Below are positions 1 to 13,330 of a DNA stretch of 64,000 nt, piece by piece. The notes below the pieces were generated by a model. It did no database searches. It saw only the letters and a program-made list of their open reading frames with translations, and was not told the origin of the DNA. Where the stretch lies: the NCBI RefSeq assembly GCF_009914755.1, contig NC_060941.1. The stretch is one strand, 5' to 3'. Position 1 is the first letter of the stretch, and each line of letters starts with the position of its first letter. The stretch comes from the human T2T-CHM13v2.0 reference genome, Homo sapiens. Both the position numbers and the translations under genes were made by a program.

Positions 1-301
1 ATAGATGTCAGGACCCATGGCTGGCCAGTCCATATCCATTGTCCTCGTAGGAGACTGGACCTCAGAGTGGGGCAGGACTTCCCACAGTCCTGCAGCAAAA
101 GGCAGTGGCAGAACCAGTCTTGGGGCCTCGCCTCCTGGCTGACCCAGGTGCTAAATGATCCCTCACTAGGCACTGGGACTGTCAGCTCCCTGAGGACCAG
201 GAGTTGAGTTAAGGGGGGTCAGACCAGCACCAGGACCCAAAGACAGTCTAGTAAGTACAAACTATCAGTGTCATAATGAAAACGAACACACAAGAAAGCA
301 T

Positions 302-503
302 TTGTGTGTGTGTATGTGTGTGCAGGTACAGAGATGTATACCTGTGGATACCTCTATATACATGCCTGTGCTCGTGCGTCCATGTGGATGTGTTGCAGCA
401 CATATGTGTGTGTTGTTTATGTGTGTATCTTTTATATGCCCATGGATATGTATGTGTATTTACACTCATGCATGTATATGTGTGTGTGCTTGCATATGTG
501 TGT
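302..503. repeat. Degenerate (TG)/(TATG)-rich low-complexity tract
   Basis: tgtgtgtgtgtatgtgtgtg...tgcatatgtgtg; source of spurious Cys/Val-rich ORFs. Confidence 0.85.
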
Positions 504-560
504 CTGGGATTGGATTGGGGGCACCTTATTCAGTCTGGAGGAGTCAGAGAATTTAATTCA

Positions 561-871
<311 letters not shown>

Positions 872-2981
872 GAATTTAATCCATGGGCTGAGGGTAAAGT
901 CTTGGGCAAGGCTGGAAAAACGTGGATAGCGAGTTTGGCTGGATCAGGTGTAGACTGGTTATGGAGTCTGTATCTTACCTTGTAGGGCCTTGAAGGCTCC
1001 TGAGAAGGGGGTGACTTGACCAAAGCTGCATCTTAGATACTATAAATGCCTGCATATAAGATGAAATTATTTTCCTCCATATTTTCCCTCAGGAAAGAGT
1101 CCTTCCAAAATTTGTCATGTAACAAACAGGGCATCGCCTAAATTATTTCAAAACGCAATACTGTTTGGAGAAAGTCTTGGTAGCTTGAAACCCCGACAGT
1201 CTGTCAGTAAAAATAAAAGGAGACAAATAAATTGAACACAGATGGAGTAGTTAATTATTCCTGAGAGCCTGACCCCATGATCGTTGCATGTTCTTGTAGC
1301 AACCCTTTCAAGGGTAATTTTAAGCAAGCGATGAAGAGAATTGTTTATGCTGAGGGCGAGGTCCTGAAGATGGGTTCGAAGGTGCTTGTGGTTTGGGTGT
1401 TGAGGAGTCGGATCTGACCTTACGAAAGGTCAAGGATGGCTCTGAATGGACACCGAGGATGAGCCCTGGGGGGACTGGGGCTGCGGCTGGGCCCCGGAGA
1501 GGGGGCCCAGGGTCCAGGAAACAGCTAAGCTTGATCTGGGATAAGGGAGGGGCAGAGGGTGAGGCACATCCCGCAGGGTAAAAGGTGTCTCTGAAGTGCC
1601 GCATCCATGCAGAGCCAGCTCCGTCTGCCTGCAAATTGAGGTGACAGAGACTTAGTGACTCCTAGTGCTTGCTGTCACTTCCCATTTCGCTGCTCCTCCC
1701 AGCTTGGTGGGAACTGGGTGGAGGCTGTCAGAGAGCCTGATGTACACCTGAGCCCTGTCAGCCCTCAGGTGTGAGGAACCAGGAGGGGTGCTGGCGCCGG
1801 GCCCCCTGTCCAGGGCTGCGCTAGCTGGGAGCAGGGAGAGGAAGGCGGGCAGGTGCTGAAACTGCCTCTGCACCTGGGGATCCTGAAGGGGAGCAGGTGG
1901 CTCCAGCTCTTTGTTCTAAGCTCAGCCTGGGATTCTGAGGGTCAAACTCATACATAAACCAAAAGACCCTGCTCCACGCTCCCCACTACTGTTCGCCATG
2001 ACAACAGCAGGCCCGGGCAATAGTCACGATGCACCATCCCCCTCTCCTCCATATCAGGGCTTCCACCCACGGGTGAAGAATGCCCAGCGGTCTCAGCATC
2101 GAGCTCCAGGAGAAGGCCAAACGCATTGGGGTTTCCTCGCACACCTCCAGCCTCCTGCCCCGACTCGTGCTCCCACCCCGGGAACTTCTCCGCTTCCCCT
2201 GAGCATTCTAGGTATGTCTGCTGTTCTAGAACCAGGCAAATCACACCATCCCGTCCTCATCCTTGAATCTTCTCCATCCACTCCATCCACTTCTTTGAAG
2301 TGTTCTCCTCTGATGCTTCTCCTATTCTTTGAAAATGCATCCCTTGTTCTTCTGAGTGGCCCACACTGATGAAAGCAGGATGGGCGGAGCCTTTCTGAAT
2401 GATACAGACACCCTCTGTGTCTCCAGGTCCTCTGCAGGCTCCCAGCCTTTGACCACCTCCTCTGATTCTCCACCCCAGCCGGTGTCCAAATCTCACACCT
2501 CCCAGACACGGGAACATAGTCTTGCCTCAACACAGCCCTGGACAGAGATGGAGGGGATGGACAGAGAAGCAAGCTATTGGGCACCATTCATCAAACATGT
2601 CCTTACTGAGCCCTGCCCTGTGCAGATGCTGTCTAGGTTCTGGAGAAGCAGCATTCATCAACCCTGGCATGGCTCCGTGCCTTCTAACACGTCCAGTGTT
2701 AGAAGCAGACGTTAACCCAATAAGTACCCACATGAAAATATAACTGCAAATTAGGACAAAATCTCTGAAGGAAAAGAAATAAGTAAAATCATGCCTGGAA
2801 GGTGTGAGTCACAAGGCAAAGACCCAGCAGGCCTTCTTTTCTCTAACTTCATGATCTGCATTTTTCTGATGAGGAAACTGAGGCTCTGAGGGGTGAGAAG
2901 ACTTGGGGAACATGTGATAATGTGATGCACAAGTACCAGAGTCAGCCTGGTCTGCGGAGAGTCTTGATCTTCTGCATTTCT

Positions 2982-3293
<312 letters not shown>

Positions 3294-4369
3294 AATTCTG
3301 TTTCTTCTCGACACCTTATCCCTCGGTTCCCGCTGGGGAGAACACATGAGTGGAAACAGGACGAAATAGGCAAAACCCAGAGGAGCTCTTTATTTATTCA
3401 AGTTACGTTGCCCTCCCTTCCTATTCATGTCTTGTGATAGAATGGTTTTCTCCTGACAGCGAGTTCACAGACCTAGGGGATCTGGCACTGGGGTGGATGC
3501 AGGGTTGGGTCTGGGAATTTTTTTCTCTCCCTCTTCTTCTCCCTAGAGGATCCCTTGATCCAGCTCAAGGACCTCAAAGAGAATAGCAGCTCCTCCTCCT
3601 CCCTCCGTCATCCCCTGGGCTCACGGGATTGACATTGGCCATGCCCTGTGTGAGTAGTGACTCAGCAGTGCCCTTTCCATGGAATTTCCTTCATCATCTG
3701 AGAGCTGGAGAACAAGCATGTGTGTGCCGGCCATGAGATGACTGTACAGGGGAAGGAGGCCAAGGCTTCCCCGAGAGGAGCTGCAGCTGGCCTGGTGTGC
3801 TCCATGGGTGGGGTGGTGGGGAATGGACAGGTGGGTGGATGTGGGTGACTCGTTAGAGCCCATGGGGATGGGGTCCTTCAAAACCAAGTAGACCTGAGCT
3901 CCAACCAACTTTCCCTTTCTAGCTGTATGATCTTGACTGAAGTCACTTAAACTCCTGAGCCCCAGTTTTCTCATCTGCAAAATGAGGCTAAAACAGGACA
4001 CATTGAACAAGGTTGTGAGGAAGATTATATAAAATGGCATGCAAAATGCTTAGCATAAGGTGCATCAATCCTACTGTCCTCAGCTGGGGGCAGATGACCT
4101 GGACAGGTGATGGGGGGGAGGTTTCCACATGGAGGGGCTTCAAGGAGGAGCACGGGGAGAGGAGGGAGAGATTGAGGTGGAAGTGGCTGGACAGAGGAGG
4201 TGACTGATGGAGAAAATTTGTTCGAAAAGACTCAAACAGTGTAAGCATGAGTTTCCAAGTGTTCCGCTCACTTGATCGGCAGACATCCATCAGGAATTCG
4301 TTGATCCCATGCTGGTTATGGTGGGCTCATAGTTTGGAGGGAGTAAACCACATAAAAACACCTAGGTGA

Positions 4370-4806
<437 letters not shown>

Positions 4807-5625
4807 TCAGAGATAAAGGGTCCTCCATTGGCAGAGAAGCTCAGGTGTGTCACCAAGGGCCTGGGATACTGTTTTATTTGTGCTTTTTCCCCTTAGAGGG
4901 TTGGCTTGTCACCTCATGGTCCCGAGATGACACAGAAAAGAGCCAGCAGTACAGCTAGTTTTATGTGCTCCAACAGAAAGCCCTAAAAAGGAGAGGTCGA
5001 GGAAAGGGATTAGAAAGAACTAAAAGCGTTTCACTTTCTTAAAAATATTTCCAAACAAAGAATTAATTTGCCCTGGAAAGGATGCTTACAAAGCATTTAT
5101 TGCACCCATTGACATCAGTGTGTTGTTCTCTCTTGAGCTGAAATACGGCAGGGGGCGGCTGGCTGTTTAAGTGGACAAATCTGCCCATATGGGGTCAAAG
5201 AGCAGAGCTGGAAGTAGAGGCTGGGGAGAAACCACTCTGCTTCTCCAGTGACCCTTTCCTGTGCCACTGGGATGAAGAGGGGCACAGGGAATGAGGGAGC
5301 GGCCCCTCACCCAGACCAGGTATGCCTTCGGGAATCTGTCAGCCGTGCGTTCGGAACTTGACATCATGTTTTCTCCAGAATTTCATTTCAGCCACCAGCC
5401 ATCTGCTAGCCCCAGTTCTGTTAGAATTTCTTCCACAGCAGCATCCCCTCCTCCCTGCCTTTCCTTAGGACACCAACCAGCTCTCTCTCACTGGAGGTTG
5501 GCCAATAGGCCCTATGCCCCAAGAGGTGGCAGCAGTAGTCACATGGTGCCACCAGCTTCAAAATCTCCTTTAGTTTGTGATGTCTGGTTGTTTGAAAAGA
5601 GCCCACTGGACACTCCACGTGGTTA

Positions 5626-6353
<728 letters not shown>

Positions 6354-9034
6354 TCAAGACCTTTGATGAGTGACTTATCGGAAAATTCATAAAAATGGGG
6401 TAAAGTCGAGGTGCTTTCTCTCCTAAGCACCTGTGTCTACTGGCTGGTGCACCCCAGGTAGGCAGGAGGAGCAAAGCAGGGACCACTTTTGCCATCCTCT
6501 TGCACCAGGGCTTTCTTGCTGCCCCAGTACCCGTGCACCTTCCAGTGGATGGCTGATCCCACAGGCTCTGCCTCTAACCCCACCAACTTCTGCAATCTGT
6601 GGTCCCTCAATGCTTTCTGTCCCTCAGACTTGCCCAGCTGCTGCCCCTGTGCCAGTAGAGGGGGTGATGTGGGGTCAGGACGTTATAAACCCAAATCTAA
6701 CCACCCTTATTCCAGCACCTGCTATATCACACCCCACACCAGAACTGGTTAGAGCTGGAAGAATCATCATAGCTATCATTTCTTGAATATAAACCCTATG
6801 CCAGAAACTCTTCACTAGAAATAAAATACTTTCCCCATTTTGCAGATTAAAAAACTACATCTGGGAAAATGATGTCATTTTCCCAAACTAAAAAAGCACG
6901 ACTGGCCCCAAATCACTCTCGTCTTATTCCCCTGCCTTCCTTAAAGAAAGGCTCTTCAGGAGCAACTAGAAAACCTGCCCATTTTACAGAAGGGCAAAAC
7001 AGGACTCAGAGAGGTAAGGTTTGCATAAGACCACATAGCCTATTCACCTCTAGCCAGAAAAGGAACTCAGGCTTCCTCACTGTGCTCTCTTTGCCACCTG
7101 TGAATTACTGAAGCTTTCTGGGTACCAATGGCCCATGCCTAGGAAGTCTAGTTGCCTCTAGACCAGACCAGTGATCCGGGAGGCTCCTCCCTTCCCAGTC
7201 AGGTACAGATTACCTATTCCACTTCTCCCTGCCGCCCTCCCACCCCTGACACCCCTGTGTCTGCAGGCACAGCTCAGCAGGGGGTACAATTACCATCTGT
7301 GTCACTGGCATCTTTACAGAGGCATATTTAAGTCGCTGCAGCACTCACAGGAGAAAGCAAGTAAATACACAGCCCAGCAAAGTGCCGAACCCAGCCTCAG
7401 ATCTGCCTGCATGGAGCAGGCATCGAATACTTCTCAGCACTATGCGGGGAAAAAGCAAAGCAAAGAAAGAAGAAACTGCATCTCCACTTTGGAGATGTTG
7501 CCAAAGTTTCTCTCCATCTCTGAATGATGCTTTTTCAGATGAGGCAGTGTCCAGAGGAGCAAAAGGCAACCTTCACAGGTGAGACAGTCAAGCCCGTGTC
7601 ACCTTGTGGGCCAACATCTTGGTGGAGCATACAGCCAAGCTGCATGGGTAAAGGAGATTACTGAGGTGCCTCTGGGTGTCGATGGAGCACCTGCTTCCTC
7701 ATCCCACCACGGTCCCTGGCAGGGGCACGCGGTGCAGTGAGCCATCCGCACTCATCCTCTGGGTCTCCCTGGTGGCCAGTAGAATCCAATGGACTGGATA
7801 CAGGGATCAGTCTGTGACCAGAGCAAGGGGAAGCAGCCTCTTGAATTCTTGGGAAGAAACATGACGACTGTGGGAAGGCTTCTTGGGTTTATTAAAAATA
7901 TGTCATGCTAGGCACATCATGTTTTTAAAAACACAATTATTTATTTAATAAATATTTAGTAAGTATGCCTATGTACCAAGAATTCAACTTGGCACCAAGG
8001 ATAAAGTTCTGAATGTGATAGTAAGTTCCCGGGCCATATTAGAGCTTAAATTCTAGCAGTGGGGGCTGTGAGGGTTGGGAAGGAGACAACAGATCATAAA
8101 CCAACAAACACACAAAGAGATGATAGGGCAATGTTCCATGAAGACTGGAAACTGGACAGTGAGGTGGATGCTTTAGCCAGAATGACAGGGCAGGCTCTGG
8201 GGCGGTGGCATGTGGAGGAAGAGAACGTATCACAAGCTTGGTGGCTCAGTAGAACATTGCACATGTGGCATTTCTGGATTTTAGCAAAGCTTTGGGGAAA
8301 ACCCCTTCTTGTAATATTTACTAAAATGTGTTATGTGCGTATTCCATGGCAAATGTTGTTTTGCTTCACACTCAACAGACATTTTATTTGGTCCTTACAA
8401 GCACTCCCATAAAGGAGGCATTTTCTCTGATTTGCAGATGACAGTGTTGAGGCCCAGAGAGATTGTGACTTGGTCAAGGCGAGAGAGATATGAGCCCCAC
8501 GCCCGGCCCTCACCCCCACGTGGGCTTGTCACCCCCATGCCTATGACTAGTCAGGCTGCCTTTGTCAACATGACATAGAAGTGTAGGATGGCTGATGACT
8601 CATAACTGGTTGAATGACCATTTCCACGGCTGATGATGACTAGATGACCACCGTGAAGGGAGCTCATCATAGTGGTGGCTCAAGCGTGGTCCACAGCCCT
8701 GCCTTGTCCACTGGTGCCAGTGGCCTGAATGGGGGTTCAGTGGCTAGTCGGGGTTCAGTGGCCAGTCACAGTTCAGCCTCCTCTCCAACCACCTCTGACC
8801 TTGCACCAGCTAGTGCAAAGTCACTGGCAGTTTCTGTGACAGCCTGTGTGTTTCACACTTCCCTGCCTTTGCAAAGGATGCCCCCCACCCTTGTCTGGAA
8901 TGGCCCCTGCACCTGGTGACCCAGATGATGCCCACTTCTCCTCTAAAAGCCAGCTTACATGTCACCTCCTCCAGGAAGCCTTCCCTGAATTCCTCCACAC
9001 TGAGGTTGCGAGTCATTTAGGTTCCAATGCTCGC

Positions 9035-9084
9035 TCTATCTATCTCTCTATCTATCTCTCTATCTATCTATCTATCTATCTATC
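9035..9084. repeat. (TATC)n / (TC) compound STR
   Basis: tctatctatctctctatctatctctctatctatctatctatctatctatc. Confidence 0.95.
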
Positions 9085-9109
9085 ATCACAGCTAGTTGCC
9101 ATCCCAGCA

Positions 9110-9598
9110 GCCATCTACTAACATAGAAACAATTTTGATCAAGTGGGGATGCGCTCTGAGATGACTGGCCTATCCCCAGAGGATGAATTATAATTAGCCA
9201 AACCCATTCCTCCTTGGCCAGGTATTGGCTGAGGGGTACTCACAGGGTTCACTTCTGGCCAATGGGCCTTGCCAGAAGGAGGATCTGGCAAAAGTTTCCT
9301 TATCCAGTGAAAAAAGAAACTTGTGGGAAGAAGTGTCCCTTTCTTTCTTGCCTTAGGGTATTGTCATTTGGGGAAGTCACGAACAGCGCTTCAGTTGTCA
9401 TTTTGCAGTCATGAGGGGGCGGTCCAGGGAGCACAGAGAGGCCACCACAGATTCTGACATCATTGAGTGACTGAATCACCCAACCTTGGAACTGCCTACC
9501 TCCAGGCGTCTTGCTGTCTGAGATCATAAACCCTTTGCTTGACACCACTTTTACTTTGCTATTTGTTACTTGAGGCTGCAGGCATCCTGACTGATACA
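9110..9598 (+). mobile_element. Old MaLR (MLT1-type) LTR relic
   Basis: ttctggccaatgg core and terminal gcatcctgactgataca resemble old MLT1 LTRs; boundaries uncertain. Confidence 0.5.
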
Positions 9599-10681
9599 GC
9601 AGAGCTCTCTCTTTGTGGTATGTTTTCACTTTGGTCTGTTTTCTCGTCCAGTTCTTCACACTGGAAACTCCTGCAGGGGACCGGTTCTTTTTTATCAAAG
9701 ACTCTCCAGTGTTCAACACAAAATCTAACACACAATGGGTGCCTTGCTTAGTAAATACATGAAAAGATGGGTGGCTGGAAGGAAGGAAGAATAAGCTATC
9801 AGATGACGTGAAGTAAGGAGGTGATGTAAATACCTAGGATCCAATAGTTGAGGTCTGCAAAGAGAGGAGCGGATGACTCAAGAGCGAAACACAGAGAGAT
9901 GGGATTGATGTGACATCAGACCTGTCTGATTCTTAGTCCCAGACTCCTGGGGGGTGGGGGGATACATTTCTCAGCAGTAAATGGACATATGATGGCAGCA
10001 TTGTGGGACCAATTGCTTTTGGGACAGGGATGGTATACAAGTTACTATGAAACAGTCCCAACTATGTGGAGAGAAGAGCTGAGGGACAAGGAGTTGGACT
10101 GTGATTAGGAGTGACTCTGTTATCAGTCCTCCCTATCACTTCTTACTGGTCACCATCACTAGAAAGAAGGGCTTTGTCCTGACACTGAAATACTCCTGGC
10201 CGTGTTGACTCCCAAGCCCTTCTCAATTACTTCCTGGGTTCTTTCATGCGCCTCCTTCCTCAACCTCCCTCCCTAGAGTCAGTAGTTGACTCTAGCTTCT
10301 ACCCACACAGGGGCTGTATGGTGTTCCCCTGGTGGGGTGCTTTGCAGGGCAGGTGCAGCGTGACATCGAGCACAGATGGCATGGATACCCAGCAGCCTTT
10401 TGCTTTTTCTTCTTGAGTCACCTCCTTCCCTGGTGGCAGCCACATCAACTCTTCTGCTTGATTATTCTGTACCAAGTGTCTGCTGCTGCAGATGGACACT
10501 TCTGAATAGCAGCTGCCGGGAAATGTCTGGCTTCCCAGAGGAGCTGGGCTTGAATTCCCCTGGGCTCAACTGGCTGTGAGCCTTTTGTGATCACCCACCT
10601 GAAAGCCTCATCTGTCAAATGGGCACATGAAGGCATCTATAGACTTATCAGTTTTAAGTGGGACAATGGGTACGAGAGGGC

Positions 10682-10849
10682 CAGGGCTGGCTTCATGGGT
10701 ATGAGATCTGTGAAAGGCTCTGAATTCTGTGCTCAGAAGGGACCCGTACTGGTTTAATATCCTCCTTTTATCTCTCGAAATTCTTGATAGTGTTTTAAAA
10801 GGGGGCTCCATTTTTATTTTAGGCCCTTCAAATTATGTAGCTGGTCATG
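10682..10849. mobile_element. MER91A-like hAT DNA transposon fossil
   Basis: cagggctggcttcatggg...aaattatgtagctggtcatg with a perfect 8-bp TSD gagagggc at 10674-10681 and 10850-10857. Confidence 0.8.
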
Positions 10850-11584
10850 GAGAGGGCTTTGCAAACCAAACAGCATTGCGAGACTGCACAGTGGGTTGCT
10901 GTTATAAATCGTAACGACACACACATTCACATTCTGTAAAGGATATATATGTGAAGGGGGCTTTTCTGCAAGGTTGGGACTCTGAGGCAGCACAGAATTC
11001 GTCTCTCACTTACTGTATCCTCTTCCTGGGCTTAAGGATATTAAATCCAGGTGCCCCAAGACCTTCAGAGCATTCTGCCTTCATGCGGATGGTGCAGACT
11101 CTGTTCTAATTCTGCACTTGGCCAGACATAGCTATGCAAACTGCAGCGAGTCTCTTCCCGCTCTGGGCGCCACCTGACTGACCCGCGTAAGGAGGGACTG
11201 TGACTGGTCCCCAGGCAAACGCTTTCCCTGCCACCTGCACCTGTTGCAAGCCAGCTCCTCGGAGCCAGGCCAAGCAGCTCTGCCCCTAGCGGGAGTCGGA
11301 GGCATGAAACTCCCTTTTAGGAAGACGGAGTAAGAGGCACCACCACCTGCTCCTGCTGCCTCTGCTGTCCTCAGCTTCTGGGAGCATCTTAGCAGCCAGC
11401 TCCGGGTGAGGACAGGGTCCACCGGTGCACATGGCAGAGCAGGGCAGATGCTGTGACTTGGCGGCTTTGGGGGAACAGGGTGGGGCTCCTCCCTGGGAAA
11501 AATCTTTAGGTTTGGATCCAGCCTTTATTTAAAGAGGGGGATTGTGTATAGACTTGTGTGACTGTTCAGCCTCTTTCCACCTCG

Positions 11585-11585
<1 letters not shown>

Positions 11586-11650
<65 letters not shown>

Positions 11651-11651
11651 G
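11586..11651. repeat. (TG)~20(GA)~11 compound microsatellite
   Basis: Direct reading. Confidence 0.97.
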
Positions 11652-11973
11652 CCTGTGGGTCAATGCCCAGTATGCCCCTCTGAGAGTGTGTCTGTTAGTA
11701 GACACCAGTGTGTGACATTGCTTCTGTGGGCAACTATGTCAAGGCGTGGGTTTGTCACTGTGTGCGGTGTGGAGCAGTATGATAAGCCGGCGGCCGACCC
11801 CCGAGTGTGTAGACGCGGGAGCTGGTGTCAGGGTATTTGTAGGGCTGCAATTCTGTGTAGGTCTGTCTCAGATTGTGTGAGAGTGTCTGTGTTCCAGCAG
11901 GTGCTTGTTTCTGAGTGTGAATGTGTGTGAAGCTGTGACCGTCTGTCTCTAGCTCTGCATGGGACGGTGATCC

Positions 11974-11974
<1 letters not shown>

Positions 11975-12010
<36 letters not shown>

Positions 12011-12379
12011 GTGGTGTGTGTGTGTATTAGAGTGCACTCTAAACTGTGTGGCTGTGTGTGTACGTGTGCGTGCCTGTCACAGTGGCCCAGTCTGCTTCTG
12101 GGTGAGTGGGGCAGAGCCCAGAGAGTGTGTGTGTGAGTGTGGGTGTCGGTGTCTCTGGGAAGCAGTGATTCGGGATGTGTGTGTCAGGCAGTGTGCGGCT
12201 GTCGCTGTGAGTCTGCATGGGAGAGTGGCGGCGTGCTCTCCTCTGCGCGGCAGTGCCCCGTGTGTTTGTGGGTCTGTGTCTGGGTGTGAGCGTCATGGTG
12301 CGTGTGTTAGAGCCCGTGGGGCCCCGGTGAAAGGCTGTGGCTCTGGGTGACTGGTGTGTGTGTGTGTGTGTGTGTGTGT
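11975..12379. repeat. (TG)n tracts and TG-rich low complexity upstream of the CpG island
   Basis: (TG)n at 11975-12025 and 12354-12379 with TG-rich sequence between. Confidence 0.9.
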
Positions 12380-13330
12380 ATCAGAGTGGGTGGCGGCGTC
12401 TCTGCTCGGCAGTGGCGCGTGTGGCCCGCCCCGCGCGCGTGTCTCGCGGGCCGGGGCAGGGCGTGGGCCCCCTCCGGCGGAGCCGCGACCCCTCCCCCGG
12501 GCGGCGGGAGGTGCGCACCGGCGCCTCTAGGACCCGGCGGCGGCCGGCCGCTGTCCCCGGGCCGCGCGAGTGAGCATGTGCAGAGCCCGGCGCCCGCTCG
12601 CCCGCCCGCTGCCCGCCCCGGCTCCGCGCCCGCCCGCCCGCCCCGCCGTTCAGCCCGGACGCCAGCAGCCCCGGGGAGCCAGGCGGCGGCGCCCTGTGCC
12701 CGGGCGCGTGGGTCCGCTTGCCGCGGGCGGCCGGAGACGTGCGGGCGCCGGGGCTTCTGGGCTCCGGGCACTGCGGGGGGCTGCGGGCTCGGCGCCCGGG
12801 GAAGGCGGGCCATGGGCGCGGGTGCGGGCGCCCCAGCCGGCCGCGATCGCGGGGTGAGTCCTGTCTCTCGGCGCTCCAGCCGGACCCCCGCGCGGGCTGC
12901 GAGCAGGGTGTTCCCCTTGCCGCGGGCAAACAAGTTTGTGCAGACGCGGTTGGGAGCGCGGCGGGGCTGCACCTGCTCCGGCTGCAGGGCGGGCTTGCCG
13001 GGGGCACCTTCCCGGGGGCCCGGGGCGGCTCGGCCGGGGCAGGGGAGAGTGAGCGGGTGCGTGCAGGGGTTGTGGGGGGGCGGGGGCGGCGCTCGGCGCG
13101 GCCGGGATGGGGTGGGGGTGCGCGAGGCGCCGCACGAGCCGCGTCCCCCTCCGGAGTCCTGAGAGCCCGTCCGTCACCCGGGAGGGCGCTGCGGTTGGTC
13201 CCGGGGAGGGGGCGAGGGCAGGGTGTGGGGTGCGCACAGCTTCCCTCCTAGGCGGCGACGTTTACCCAGAAGCAGCTCCCTCTCGTTCCGCTACCAAGAG
13301 AGGCTTCCGGTCAGCGGAGGGTTTGCTCCG
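12380..13330 (+). promoter_or_regulatory. WSCD1: CpG island / promoter of WSCD1
   Basis: Very high GC and dense CpG against a CpG-depleted background; GC-box words (ggcccgcccc ~12423, gggcgtgg ~12459); no TATA box; contains a strong splice donor at 12854. Confidence 0.9.
12570..12853 (+). other. WSCD1: Non-coding exon 1 (5' UTR); start approximate
   Basis: Consensus donor GGG|GTGAGT at 12854 inside the CpG island. The TSS cannot be fixed from sequence alone. Confidence 0.7.

Noticed and set aside
5519-5534. CTCF-like words (ccaagaggtggcag; also ~7762 and ~26022)
   Set aside because: Each mismatches core positions; cannot be distinguished from chance without PWM scoring or ChIP data.
12307-13251. 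Several overlapping 170-270 aa ORFs on both strands
   Set aside because: Pro/Arg/Gly/Ala-rich products of stop-poor CpG-island sequence; no domain features; open in many frames at once.
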